A stretch of 64,000 nt of DNA from Escherichia coli 042 (GTDB taxonomy: Bacteria; Pseudomonadota; Gammaproteobacteria; Enterobacterales; Enterobacteriaceae), in the NCBI RefSeq assembly GCF_000027125.1, contig NC_017626.1. One strand, given 5' to 3'. Position numbers and translations under genes: made by a program. Shown here one piece after another: positions 11,771 to 22,589 of this stretch. The notes beneath the pieces were generated by a model. The model was not told where the DNA came from and searched no databases. It was given only the letters and a program-made list of their open reading frames with translations. Position 1 is the first letter of the stretch, and each line of letters starts with the position of its first letter.

Positions 11771-13054
11771 TTACTTCTTCGCCTCTGCAACCACTTTACT
11801 ACCCACGCCGCGGTTATTGTATTCCCACATGCGGTTGTAGTTAGTGTCATTCAGATTGCGTTGTATTTCGTCGCTATCGTCAACGCTGCCGGTGTTACCT
11901 GCGAATGGACGATTGGAAATCACCGCATCGGCCCACGGTTTCGCCGTGTTAAAACCTTCGTTGATGGCGCTATCACGGATCACCACCTGACCGTTGGTAT
12001 TGGCATCAACATCCAGCGAACGACCCAGTTGCGCCACGCCATCACCGGAAGCATTGAAACGGCTGTTTACGGCGAGGAAACCGTAATAGATGTTAGACAG
12101 CGTAGCCGGTGCAAACACATACGCTTCTTGCTGAGTACGTGAGTTCACCACGCGGAATTCGGTGTTATCGAACACCACTGCGCCGCGACCAGAAACGATA
12201 TCCACATCCCCTTCAATGTAACTGTTGGTCACCAGAGTACGCGGCTGACGGTTGGTTTCCAGACGGTTTTGCACACCACTGTTGGTGACAAAGAAGGTAT
12301 TTTGACGACCGAGAATGTTGACGTTATTGATCTGCACTTTGTCGCCATCAGTACGCAGTGCCACCGCCGGATGGTTACCTGCATCTACGCTATCGCCCAG
12401 CGTGTTTTCGATGGTCAGGTTTTGCAGTTGCAGGCCATTGTTTTGTGACCAGAAGACCGCAGAGCAGAGAACGCCGATACTGTCGCTGCGTTTGCTCTGG
12501 CAGCTATCGTACATATACCACGCTGGTTTACCTGGCATATATTTGCCGCGCGGGTTGACGTCATGACGCCAGTCGGCAGGGCTCATGCCCCCATCAAGGG
12601 AAAGCCCAATCTTCACATCAATCGGTTTTTCACCTGTACCGTACAGAGTAATTCCACCCGGAGCGGCAGGGACATATACCGTTCCCTGATACTCACCAGG
12701 CATCACGGCAATATACTGGCGCTTGTTGGTGCGCTTGATAATTGCCGCATCTACCGCCGCCTGAATCGTGGTATGCGTTACACCTTGAGTACCCGCCGGG
12801 CCGACAACAAAGTCAGGTTGCGCAGGCAGGGTAATCGGGGAAGGATTCCACGCTGCCGCACCTGGTGTCAGGGATGCAAAATAGTGTTGAGCATCGAAAT
12901 TCTGCGCTTCTTTTGCCGACAGAATCGGGCGAGAAGAGGTACCAGGCGCGGTTTGATCAGAAGGACGTTGATCGGGCGGTGTTGAGCTACAGGCGGTCAG
13001 CGTCACGCCAAAAGCCAATGCCAGCGCCAGACGGGAAACTGAAAATGTGTTCAC
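11771..13054 (-). CDS. ybhC: Outer-membrane lipoprotein YbhC, pectinesterase-like
   Basis: 427-aa ORF with lipoprotein signal LTAC; last chromosomal gene before attB-lambda. Confidence 0.9.
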   Translation of the reverse strand: MNTFSVSRLALALAFGVTLTACSSTPPDQRPSDQTAPGTSSRPILSAKEAQNFDAQHYFASLTPGAAAWNPSPITLPAQPDFVVGPAGTQGVTHTTIQAAVDAAIIKRTNKRQYIAVMPGEYQGTVYVPAAPGGITLYGTGEKPIDVKIGLSLDGGMSPADWRHDVNPRGKYMPGKPAWYMYDSCQSKRSDSIGVLCSAVFWSQNNGLQLQNLTIENTLGDSVDAGNHPAVALRTDGDKVQINNVNILGRQNTFFVTNSGVQNRLETNRQPRTLVTNSYIEGDVDIVSGRGAVVFDNTEFRVVNSRTQQEAYVFAPATLSNIYYGFLAVNSRFNASGDGVAQLGRSLDVDANTNGQVVIRDSAINEGFNTAKPWADAVISNRPFAGNTGSVDDSDEIQRNLNDTNYNRMWEYNNRGVGSKVVAEAKK

Positions 13055-13100
13055 AGGTTGCTCCGGGCTATGAAATAGAAAAATGAATCCGTTGAAGCCT

Positions 13101-13115
13101 GCTTTTTTATACTAA
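13101..13115. other. attL core (B-O-P') of lambda-type integration; P' arm follows to ~13188
   Basis: GCTTTTTTATACTAA followed by GTTGGCATTATAAAAAAGCATTGCTTATCAATTTGTTGCAACGAACAGGTCACTATCAGTCAAAATAAAATCATTATTTGATTTC, the recalled lambda P' arm. Confidence 0.95.
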
Positions 13116-13188
13116 GTTGGCATTATAAAAAAGCATTGCTTATCAATTTGTTGCAACGAACAGGTCACTATCAGTCAAAATAAAATCA

Positions 13189-14259
13189 TTATTTGATTTC
13201 AATTTTGTCCCACTCCCTGCCTCTGTCATCACGATACTGTGATGCCATGGTGTCCGACTTATGCCCGAGAAGATGTTGAGCAAACTTATCGCTTATCTGC
13301 TTCTCATAGAGTCTTGCAGACAAACTGCGCAACTCGTGAAATGTAGGCGGATCCCCTTCGAAGGAAAGACCTGATGCTTTTCGTGCGCGCATAAAATACC
13401 TTGATACTGTGCCGGATGAAAGCGGTTCACGACGAGTAGATGCAATTATGGTTTCTCCGCCAAGAATCTCTTTGCATTTATCAAGTGTTTCCTTCATTGA
13501 TATCCCGAGAGCATCAACATGCAATGTTGTAGGGATGGCAATTTTTACACCTGTTTTGCTTTGCTCGACATAAAGATATCCATCTACGATATCAGACCAC
13601 TTCATTTCGCATAAATCACCAACTCGCTGCCCGGTAACAACAGCCAGTTCCATTGCAAGTCTGAGCCAACATGGTGATGATTCTGCTGCTTGATAAATTT
13701 TCAGGTATTCGTCAGCCGTAAGTCTTGATCTCCTTACCTCTGATTTTGCTGCGCGAGTGGCAGCGACCGGGTTTGTTGTTATATGGCCTTCAGCTATTGC
13801 CTCTCGGAATGCATCGCTTAGTGTTGATCTGATTAACTTGGCTGACGCCGCCTTGCCCTCGTCTATGTATCCATTGAGCATTGCCGCAATTTCTTTTGTG
13901 GTGATGTTTTCAAGTGGAGCATCAGGCAGACCCCTCCTTATTGCTTTAATTTTGCTCATGTAATTTATGAGTGTCTTCTGCTTGATTCCTCTGTTGGCGA
14001 GGATTTTTTCGTAGCGATCAAGCCATGAATGTAACGTAACAGAATTATCACTGTTGATTCTCGCTGTCAGAGGCTTGTGTTTGTGTCCTGAAAATAACTC
14101 AATGTTGGCCTGTATAGCTTCAGTGATTGCTATCCTCCTGTCTCGGCCTAATCCAAACTCTTTACCCGTCCTTGGGTCCCTGTAGCAGTAATATCCATTG
14201 TTTCTTATATAAAGGTTAGGGGGTAAATCCCGGCGCTCATGACTTCGCCTTCTTCCCAT
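13189..14259 (-). CDS. int: Lambda integrase (tyrosine recombinase)
   Basis: 356 aa, MGRRRSHERRDLPPNLYIRNNGYYCYRDPRTGKEF..., essentially identical to recalled lambda Int. Confidence 0.97.
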   Translation of the reverse strand: MGRRRSHERRDLPPNLYIRNNGYYCYRDPRTGKEFGLGRDRRIAITEAIQANIELFSGHKHKPLTARINSDNSVTLHSWLDRYEKILANRGIKQKTLINYMSKIKAIRRGLPDAPLENITTKEIAAMLNGYIDEGKAASAKLIRSTLSDAFREAIAEGHITTNPVAATRAAKSEVRRSRLTADEYLKIYQAAESSPCWLRLAMELAVVTGQRVGDLCEMKWSDIVDGYLYVEQSKTGVKIAIPTTLHVDALGISMKETLDKCKEILGGETIIASTRREPLSSGTVSRYFMRARKASGLSFEGDPPTFHELRSLSARLYEKQISDKFAQHLLGHKSDTMASQYRDDRGREWDKIEIK

Positions 14260-14455
14260 TTCTGATCCTCTTCAAAAGGCTACCTGTTACTGGTCGATTT
14301 AAGTCAACCTTTACCGCTGATTCGTGGAACAGATACTCTCTTCCATCCTTAACCGGAGGAGGGAATATCCTGCATTCGCGCACCCATCGACGAACTGTTT
14401 CAAGGCTTCTTGGGCGCCGCTGGCGTGCGTTCCACTCCTGAAGTGTCAAGTACAT
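14237..14455 (-). CDS. xis: Lambda excisionase
   Basis: 72 aa, MYLTLQEWNARQRRPRSLETVRRWVRECRIFPPPVKDGREYLFHESAVKVDLNRP, matches recalled lambda Xis. Confidence 0.95.
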   Translation of the reverse strand: MYLTLQEWNARQRRPRSLETVRRWVRECRIFPPPVKDGREYLFHESAVKVDLNRPVTGSLLKRIRNGKKAKS

Positions 14456-14560
14456 CGCAAAGTCTCCGCAATTACACGCAAGAAAAGCCGCATTGATGCG
14501 GCGATGGTAGGTCTGGATATCTTGAGAAATGAACTGGCCTCATCGAGTGTGAGGCTGTGG

Positions 14561-14905
14561 TTAGTCCTTGCGTAGCTCACTGATTCTTCTGTAAGTCTCT
14601 GGTGCTTTGTTTCCGTGTATCTTCATTTCAGACTTCAACAGAGCAACGAGGGAATCCCATTCGTTGAGGATGCCTTTGAATGCCGGAACGCGCTTTGCAA
14701 CCTTGTCGAATGAATCTCTGATTTCTGGGATCTGCTCAACAAGTGCAACGCATCGTCGGAAATCGGCTGCGTCATGTGGAGCACCGAAGTGATGACCATA
14801 GATATTCTTTTTCAGTCCACATGCGATTGAGGCAAGAGTTGCGCTACTGATGCCGACATCGCCAGTTGATTGCCATTTCAAAACCTTCATAGCCAAATCT
14901 GACAT
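14561..14905 (-). CDS. Hypothetical protein (~114 aa) in the integrase-proximal accessory slot
   Basis: Track ORF trimmed to MSDLAMKVLKWQ...; preceded by RBS GGAGAC. Confidence 0.5.
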   Translation of the reverse strand: MSDLAMKVLKWQSTGDVGISSATLASIACGLKKNIYGHHFGAPHDAADFRRCVALVEQIPEIRDSFDKVAKRVPAFKGILNEWDSLVALLKSEMKIHGNKAPETYRRISELRKD

Positions 14906-14916
14906 TTCTTGTCTCC

Positions 14917-14940
14917 AATAAAAAACCGCCATCAGGCGGC
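14917..14940 (-). terminator. Rho-independent terminator immediately upstream of the 14905 start
   Basis: Minus-strand hairpin GCCGCCTGATGGCGG followed by TTTTTATT. Confidence 0.5.
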
Positions 14941-15005
14941 TTGGTGTTCTTTCAGTTCTTCAATTCGAATATTGGTTACATTGTTTTCATATATGAATAA
15001 ATAAA

Positions 15006-15218
15006 TTAGCTTTTTTCGTTGCCTTCGCTTTCTTTATTAATTTTAACAAACTCGTTTTTACCACGCTCTCCAAATGCGTCTTTAGAGTCGTTGTATCCGC
15101 AATCGCAGCACACATAATCTCCAGACCATCCACGCATTGTTTTTTCTTTTGCAATATTTCCAGAACCGCATTTTGGACAAGACATATCACTACCTCCAAA
15201 GCATGAGTGAGATGACAA
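15006..15218 (-). CDS. Small zinc-ribbon protein
   Basis: CPKCG...CCDCG four-cysteine motif; probable start at internal MSCPKCG. Confidence 0.45.
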   Translation of the reverse strand: MSSHSCFGGSDMSCPKCGSGNIAKEKTMRGWSGDYVCCDCGYNDSKDAFGERGKNEFVKINKESEGNEKS

Positions 15219-15281
15219 CGTAACATTGATTGGAGATTAACAATAGATTGCTGATGTAAAAGATATGTATAAGCTTCGCTT

Positions 15282-15986
15282 TCAAAGTGGAGGCTCTGGT
15301 AGCGGCATCCAGTGTGACGGCTCACATACCCCCTCAACACCGTTCATGTAAAAGAATTGAAATAACCCTTTACCTTTGTGAAACCCTACCATCTGCTCTT
15401 TTGTGTCTGAACAATAAACCAAAACATCTTCTTCGTTTGGCATTCGCTCACTACAGCTTATCCAACTATCCGGAGTTCCCGGAGAGTTGCCATTTACATC
15501 GAAGTTTGGCTCTGCGTCCTGAACCAGGAGAATGTAACCATTCTTGGCTGTATCAAGTTCTAACGCCTCGGTGACGGTGCCGAAATAGCGATTACCTAAA
15601 TCAGCATCACAAGTGCTTACATCAATGGAAACTTCCATGCCTTCGATTAATTCTGGCAAGTTGTAAGTTTGGCTTACAGGTTGGCTACCCTGAAGCATGG
15701 CGGCGCGGTGACACCAGATAATCCAGCCAAGCGCCATATCCCATGCCATGTATTCTCTATCGCCATTTTTTGCCCTACGGCGATCTACAGATTCCCCGAA
15801 ACGCTTCTCCATAAATAATTCATAGGCTGCTCGTTCATCCGATACTGCTGCCAGTGATGCCAGTGCAATTTTTAATGCGGTAAGCATGTTGTTTTGATCT
15901 TCATCGAGTCCGAACGGTATTTCATCCCGTGCTGACTCAATGCTGGTAATCGTGTTCTGTAACCATTCTTTGGTAAGAGTATTCAT
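15282..15986 (-). CDS. Phage protein with C-terminal DUF551-like domain
   Basis: C-terminal WISCSERMPNEED...HWMPLPEPP pattern recalled for DUF551 phage proteins. Confidence 0.5.
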   Translation of the reverse strand: MNTLTKEWLQNTITSIESARDEIPFGLDEDQNNMLTALKIALASLAAVSDERAAYELFMEKRFGESVDRRRAKNGDREYMAWDMALGWIIWCHRAAMLQGSQPVSQTYNLPELIEGMEVSIDVSTCDADLGNRYFGTVTEALELDTAKNGYILLVQDAEPNFDVNGNSPGTPDSWISCSERMPNEEDVLVYCSDTKEQMVGFHKGKGLFQFFYMNGVEGVCEPSHWMPLPEPPL

Positions 15987-15988
15987 AA

Positions 15989-16180
15989 CTATTTCACTTT
16001 AATCTCAATATTTCGCAGCTTTAGCTCTACTGGCAGGTCTGACTTTCCTGTTAATGCTAATGCGAGATTTTCAGGAGTAATGAGAGCAGTTATTGTTTTT
16101 CCCCTCGCCAGACGAATAATCATTCGTATCTCGCAATCGTCACATGCTCCCGGTCGAACAATTGAGATTTGTCCGTTCAT
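15989..16180 (-). CDS. Hypothetical small phage protein
   Basis: 63-aa ORF packed between neighbours in the same operon. Confidence 0.35.
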   Translation of the reverse strand: MNGQISIVRPGACDDCEIRMIIRLARGKTITALITPENLALALTGKSDLPVELKLRNIEIKVK

Positions 16181-16181
16181 C

Positions 16182-16808
16182 TCACTTCCCCTTCACACCA
16201 ATGTTGGCGGCGGCGCGCTCGGCTTCACTTTGTTCCCAAAACCACTTGTGAAGCGCCATAAGCTTTTCGTCAATCGGTGCATATTTGCGATTAAAGTAGG
16301 CCTGAGCATCTTTCTCAGATTCGTCCGGTAATTCGCCTGGGCCAAACAGTGTGTTATAAATCCATGCCAGTCCGCTTTTAGCGTCGCCAGTCGATTGCCA
16401 TTCGATAATGGCAGCCTGCATGACCAGAATGTTTTTCCCGATTAACAGGTCCAGTTCTTTGTACCGGTTGCGGATGTATGCATTCTCGCTTTGTAATTTT
16501 GCGTTGCGCTTCTCTGCGGCTTCCAGATCAACTCTCAGCTTCCCTACCGTTAGCGCAATATCCTCGTTCTCCTGGTCGCGGCGTTTGATGTATTGCTGGT
16601 TTCTTTCCCGTTCATCCAGTAGTGCCAGCACGGTTTCTGGTCCGGTCAGAAATTTGAAGGCGTTGAGCGCATCAATATCCACACCGTAATCCTTAAGTTC
16701 CTGTTCACTTAACAAATCATCATCAACTGGCAACATTAACAGGCGTTCCATTGCCGGAATTGCACGTTCTGCCGCCAGTCGCAGAGCCTGATAGTTAATC
16801 TCGCTCAC
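16182..16808 (-). CDS. Ead/Ea22-like early protein
   Basis: 208 aa, coiled-coil rich, position after xis; resembles Ea22-family proteins of lambdoid phages (from memory). Confidence 0.45.
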   Translation of the reverse strand: MSEINYQALRLAAERAIPAMERLLMLPVDDDLLSEQELKDYGVDIDALNAFKFLTGPETVLALLDERERNQQYIKRRDQENEDIALTVGKLRVDLEAAEKRNAKLQSENAYIRNRYKELDLLIGKNILVMQAAIIEWQSTGDAKSGLAWIYNTLFGPGELPDESEKDAQAYFNRKYAPIDEKLMALHKWFWEQSEAERAAANIGVKGK

Positions 16809-16988
16809 TGGTTGCCTCCTTTGCGCAACATCGCATTCAGATATTTGTTTTGATTCACTGATGGAAAAGAATTTCTCTTAAGCAATTCCTCTCTCGATGG
16901 CATTGGCTTTACGCGTTGGCGAATAATCATTTCTGCCGGAAGAATGCCGGGATTGTATGCAAGTCCTCTCATGGTAAATTCCTCTTTG

Positions 16989-17303
16989 TTAATTTATTCG
17001 TATGCCTGCTCTTTCTTCATCGAGTTTTTTTAGCTTGTATCGCATAGCTCTTACTGAATAAATTGAGCGGCAGGTTGCAATTGCTATTTCTTCTGCGGAG
17101 AACTTACCGAAAAGTGATACTTCGGCTCTTGTCCATCGTCTTCCACGAAGTCGGCTAACAATGTCAGCGCCAATCCTTGTTGCTTTCGCCATTACTGCTT
17201 TTTCAGTCCTTTCCAGTTTTTCAGCGATAACTTCAACTGGCATTGTCGCCGCCACTTCGCGCAAGAAATCGACTTCCCATTTCTCCCATGGAGTCTTTTT
17301 CAT
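16989..17303 (-). CDS. Hypothetical phage protein
   Basis: 104-aa ORF in early-left operon. Confidence 0.4.
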   Translation of the reverse strand: MKKTPWEKWEVDFLREVAATMPVEVIAEKLERTEKAVMAKATRIGADIVSRLRGRRWTRAEVSLFGKFSAEEIAIATCRSIYSVRAMRYKLKKLDEERAGIRIN

Positions 17304-17314
17304 AGGCGATACCG

Positions 17315-17803
17315 TTATTTGATAAGAAGTGAAGGTTTCCCAACTTTGAGTTGAGCGCCGGGGATATTTATTCCTGCTTTTAGTTGGTGTTTGATTGCTA
17401 GTTTGTCGGCTTTAATTGTCGTTTCAAACTCAACGTATTCTTGAGGAAGGGCGCTTGAGTCGATGATTTCTACAGTTTCTGACGGTTTGCGGATTGTTAC
17501 CTGGTGAATACCTGCTCGAATCTTTTTCTTGCCAACCATTTCAAGCGATGACGCTATATATGATTTGATGCTGTCAATCTTATTTTGAATTACTGCGGCT
17601 CGCTCATTTAGTGACTTTGCCTCTTCCTTGAGGCGTTCAGCATAACCAGATTCATTTTTAATAATGGCGAGAAGTTGCTCTATTTTATCGGTAAATTCTC
17701 CTTCCATGCCTTCTATTGTGTCAGCAATCATCTCTGGCTCTAAATCTGAATCCATCAATTTTGCGTATTCATTGGCTATTTCATATAGTTTGCTCACTGG
17801 CAA
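17315..17803 (-). CDS. Gp157-like protein (RecT-associated family)
   Basis: 162 aa immediately downstream of recT; acidic coiled-coil protein of the type often adjacent to RecT/Erf. Confidence 0.4.
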   Translation of the reverse strand: MPVSKLYEIANEYAKLMDSDLEPEMIADTIEGMEGEFTDKIEQLLAIIKNESGYAERLKEEAKSLNERAAVIQNKIDSIKSYIASSLEMVGKKKIRAGIHQVTIRKPSETVEIIDSSALPQEYVEFETTIKADKLAIKHQLKAGINIPGAQLKVGKPSLLIK

Positions 17804-18692
17804 CCTCCAGTTTCGCTTTGCATTCTATGTAAATGGCTTGTACGTTCTGCTGCAATTTCATTCCAGATGTCAGGCGATATGCTTCTGCAAAATATCGCTT
17901 CAAATCATCCATGTTTTCTGCCTGAGCCATTTCATCGCAAAGAAGTTGTACTTTATCCATTATTTCCTGCTGGCGTTTCCGTTCATCTTCGCGGATATCT
18001 TCCTCTGATTTGTGCGGCATAACTGGTTCAGTCCACACACCTTCTTCTTCGTTTAGTACGTGAATAGCACTATCAAGACGTGATGCCTTAGGCCAATACT
18101 TGCTTGCACGCTTTACGACCGTCTTTCGCGCCATCTCATTCCAGTGATTTACCCATGGTCCTTTATCGCTGAATGCTGCCTTGCTTGTTTTCCTTACAGC
18201 CTCAATTTCAGCCAGACTCATCTCTTCCGTTAGATAATCACCTGCTGGCGTCTTAACTGTGCAGTAAACGCCAACGATATCACCACGATCACCGAAGGCG
18301 TTGTATTTATGGGTTGGTGCTTTATCAAGCCCGTTTGACTCATAGGTATCGTTAGCATGAACAAGTTTTGCCTGACCCCATGAGATAACACCAGACTCCA
18401 TTGCAATATGGAGCAATCCCATATAACTGATATCAAGGCAAACCATGCCGTCGCGCGGAACTAGATAAGCAAGTTTGCTGGCCGGGTTTAAGGTGATGCC
18501 GATCGCCGCAACATTGATGATGGCGTTCTGTGCGCTGGTTGGATTTGCCAGTGCCGTTTTAGCCAGGTAATCATTTTTCTGGAAATACTGAATTGCAAAC
18601 TGGCTTTCCTTAGCCCATGTCACCGTCTGTTCAGTCAATGCTCCGCAGAATAACTGCTCCTGCTGTTTAACGAATTCAACGATATTGCTCAT
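17781..18692 (-). CDS. recT: RecT-family single-strand annealing recombinase
   Basis: 303 aa with the recalled RecT pattern GPWVNHWNEMARKTVVKRASKYWP. Confidence 0.8.
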   Translation of the reverse strand: MSNIVEFVKQQEQLFCGALTEQTVTWAKESQFAIQYFQKNDYLAKTALANPTSAQNAIINVAAIGITLNPASKLAYLVPRDGMVCLDISYMGLLHIAMESGVISWGQAKLVHANDTYESNGLDKAPTHKYNAFGDRGDIVGVYCTVKTPAGDYLTEEMSLAEIEAVRKTSKAAFSDKGPWVNHWNEMARKTVVKRASKYWPKASRLDSAIHVLNEEEGVWTEPVMPHKSEEDIREDERKRQQEIMDKVQLLCDEMAQAENMDDLKRYFAEAYRLTSGMKLQQNVQAIYIECKAKLEVASEQTI

Positions 18693-19000
18693 GCAGCTTC
18701 TCCATAAATATGTCTGCGTTTGAATATTGCGAAGGCATATTCAGCCTTAACTCTTTCGGTTATTGCATCCCAGAACCATTCAGCGGCTTTTTCCTGATAG
18801 TTACAGTCATCATCTTCCAGCCAGTCGATAGCGTCCTTAGTGTGTTCATCTGGTTTATATGAGCGAAGCATTTCGCTTATTGGGTCGCAACGTTTGCAGA
18901 GGCGATCAACTTCACTGTTGATTCGTTCGTAATCTTCATCAGTAAAACTTGCGATTATTTGCGATATTTCACGCTTATCATTCAGAGTCAGAATCATCAT
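18689..19000 (-). CDS. Hypothetical early protein
   Basis: 103-aa ORF overlapping recT start codon. Confidence 0.4.
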   Translation of the reverse strand: MMILTLNDKREISQIIASFTDEDYERINSEVDRLCKRCDPISEMLRSYKPDEHTKDAIDWLEDDDCNYQEKAAEWFWDAITERVKAEYAFAIFKRRHIYGEAA

Positions 19001-19547
19001 CTTTCTCCTGTTCTTTGTGCTGATTGAGCATTTCTTTCATCTGACGAATGAATTCTTCGTCTGACCAGTTATCTGTAAAACTCATTTCCTGCGATACCAC
19101 GGAAGGTTGATCGCTGATTTCATCGCTTTATTTGCTTCAAGCCACATTTTTGAATCACCAATAAATCTGGCTATTACTGCTTTGTTCTGTGCAGCACGAA
19201 GCATCTGGTGATTGATGGCTATTTCATTGCGCATAACGCCTCCAGTTGTTTCTTTGCTGCTCTGATTAATTGTTTAACTCGGCGTGATAATTCAGATTCG
19301 TGCGGGTAGAAAGCGGACATGACGCCGCTACCCGCGAGCTGAAAGTGCATCATGGGTAACTCCTTATATTTGATTGCATAACGAAAACGCCTCGAATGAA
19401 GCGTTATTGGTATGCATATAAAAAGGCCCTCACACTGGAGGGCAAAGAAGATTTCCAATAATCAGAACAAGTCGGCTCCTGTTTAGTTACGAGCGACATT
19501 GCTCCGTGTATTCACTCGTTGGAATGAATACACAGTGCTTATTCGTA

Positions 19548-20018
19548 CTAATAAAATACCCAATTTTCTGTTTCTTGGTTGTGTCCAAAGTTATATTCAA
19601 TATCTGGTGTTGATGTATCAATATTCTTCATCCCATCAACAAGAGTTGATACAACAGCCAAATCTTGTTCTATTCTCATTAAATGGTATTTCTTCCGGCG
19701 CAATAAACTTTCAATAGCAAGTTTCTTCGTTGGGAATGCAAAAGATCTTTCTGCATTTTTTGCTACTTTCTTAATTGCATATCTATTTCTCCTTTGTTTC
19801 CATTCCTGTAACCACTGATTTGGTGCTGGTTTAAAATTAACAATCCAATGCGCAGGAACCAACCATGCATAATGCTCTGTCTGATGAAAAGCTATATATT
19901 GAAGTGCGAATATTTTTATCCCATCTTCTTCAACTGTCGCCTGGAATCTCCAGAAAACAGGCATTCCATCATGTTCAGTTTCTGATTCAGGAAAAGGTAC
20001 GCTCCATGATTTTGTCAT
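19548..20018 (-). CDS. Hypothetical protein, low-GC accessory gene upstream of N
   Basis: 156-aa ORF in AT-rich DNA; no recognised family. Confidence 0.5.
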   Translation of the reverse strand: MTKSWSVPFPESETEHDGMPVFWRFQATVEEDGIKIFALQYIAFHQTEHYAWLVPAHWIVNFKPAPNQWLQEWKQRRNRYAIKKVAKNAERSFAFPTKKLAIESLLRRKKYHLMRIEQDLAVVSTLVDGMKNIDTSTPDIEYNFGHNQETENWVFY

Positions 20019-20026
20019 ATCTCACC

Positions 20027-20353
20027 TCAAATAAGTGGTTTGCTGCCTAATTTCATTTTCTGTCGACCAACACAAGTCACACCAATTTCACTGCGTGGCT
20101 TGCTGTACCATGTGCGCTGATTCTTGCGCTCAATACGTTGCAGGTTGCTTTCAATCTGTTCGTGGTATTCAGCCAGCACCGTAAGGTCTATCGGATTCAG
20201 TGCGCTTTCTACTCGTGATTTCGGTTTGCGATTCAGCGAGAGAATAGGGCGGTTAACTGGCTTTGCGCTTACCCCAACCAACAGGGGATTTGCTGCTTTC
20301 CATTGAGCCTGTTTCTCTGCGCGACGTTCGCGGCGGCGTGTTTGTGCATCCAT
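20027..20353 (-). CDS. N: Antitermination protein N
   Basis: Track ORF trimmed to MDAQTRRRERRAEKQAQWKAANPLLVGVSAKPVNRPILSL..., matches recalled lambda N; 108 aa. Confidence 0.92.
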   Translation of the reverse strand: MDAQTRRRERRAEKQAQWKAANPLLVGVSAKPVNRPILSLNRKPKSRVESALNPIDLTVLAEYHEQIESNLQRIERKNQRTWYSKPRSEIGVTCVGRQKMKLGSKPLI

Positions 20354-20463
20354 CTGGATTCTCCTGTCAGTTAGCTTTGAGTAACGCGCCGTGATGCTTA
20401 TCTCCACGGTTGCTGTCTTGCAGCTGCATTTCGCGCTACTCAAAGCTTTCTGCTTTGAATGCT

Positions 20464-20494
20464 GCCCTTCTTCAGGGCTTAATTTTTAAGAGCG
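20464..20494 (-). promoter_or_regulatory. nutL (boxA + boxB)
   Basis: Minus-strand CGCTCTTA (boxA) and GCCCTGAAGAAGGGC (boxB hairpin) between pL and N. Confidence 0.85.
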
Positions 20495-20538
20495 TCACCT
20501 TCATGGTGGTCAGTGCGTCCTGCTGATGGCTTAAAATT

Positions 20539-20606
20539 ACAAGGAAGATTGTATGTTGTAAACAAGAAATATTGTAAAAAAGAGCGTGAAAAACAAATTC
20601 CATTGT
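20539..20606 (-). promoter_or_regulatory. OL operators / pL region, phage 434 type
   Basis: Three 14-bp sites ACAAGGAAGATTGT (20539-20552), ACAAGAAATATTGT (20562-20575), ACAAATTCCATTGT (20593-20606). Confidence 0.75.
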
Positions 20607-20656
20607 TTTTAAACGGAAAATAGTTTGTTTTTTGGTTGTCGAAATCGAGGTGAGGA

Positions 20657-22009
<1,353 letters not shown>

Positions 22010-22017
22010 GACATTCC

Positions 22018-22049
22018 CGCTCTTACACATCCCAGCCCTGAAAAAGGGC
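22018..22049 (+). promoter_or_regulatory. nutR (boxA + boxB)
   Basis: CGCTCTTA then GCCCTGAAAAAGGGC hairpin downstream of cro. Confidence 0.85.
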
Positions 22050-22128
22050 ATCAAATTAAACCACACCTATGGTGTATGCATTTATTTGCATACATTCAAT
22101 CAATTGTTATCTAAGGAAATACTTACAT

Positions 22129-22407
22129 ATGCAACTTACAAGTACTCGCAAGAAAGCGAATGCAATTACAAGCAACATCCTAAATCGAATTGCTGTACGT
22201 GGTCAGCGAAAGGTGGCCGACGCGTTAGGGATTAATGAATCGCAAATTTCACGATGGAAAGACAGCTTCATCCCAAAAATGGGAATGCTTCTGGCTGTTC
22301 TTGAATGGGGTGTTGAAGACGAGGAGTTGGCGGAACTGGCTAAGAAAGTAGCCAGAATGCTGACAAAAGAAAAAGCCCCGAAGAACGGCGAATTCTTCGA
22401 GGCCTGA
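22129..22407 (+). CDS. cII: cII transcriptional activator
   Basis: Trimmed to internal Met; ...QISRWK...PKMGMLLAVLEWGVEDEELAELAKKVARMLT parallels recalled lambda cII. Confidence 0.85.
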   Translation: MQLTSTRKKANAITSNILNRIAVRGQRKVADALGINESQISRWKDSFIPKMGMLLAVLEWGVEDEELAELAKKVARMLTKEKAPKNGEFFEA

Positions 22408-22589
22408 TGTAGAAAGACTGGATCAATCCACAGGAGTAATTATGACAAAACGTCGTAAGAAATACCAGGAAAAAGAAGAGATTCGACACCCTGATTCACC
22501 TGAGGGATTAGTGGTAGCCGCAGCAAATAACAGGGCGTTCGCAGAGCGCCTTGTTGGTGTTTACAGACTAGCCAAAGCAGGAGTGAAAC

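Noticed and set aside
19219-19458. 79-aa track ORF on the minus strand as a single gene
   Set aside because: The region is better explained by two or three shorter overlapping frames with their own starts; the 79-aa frame begins in hairpin-rich intergenic sequence.
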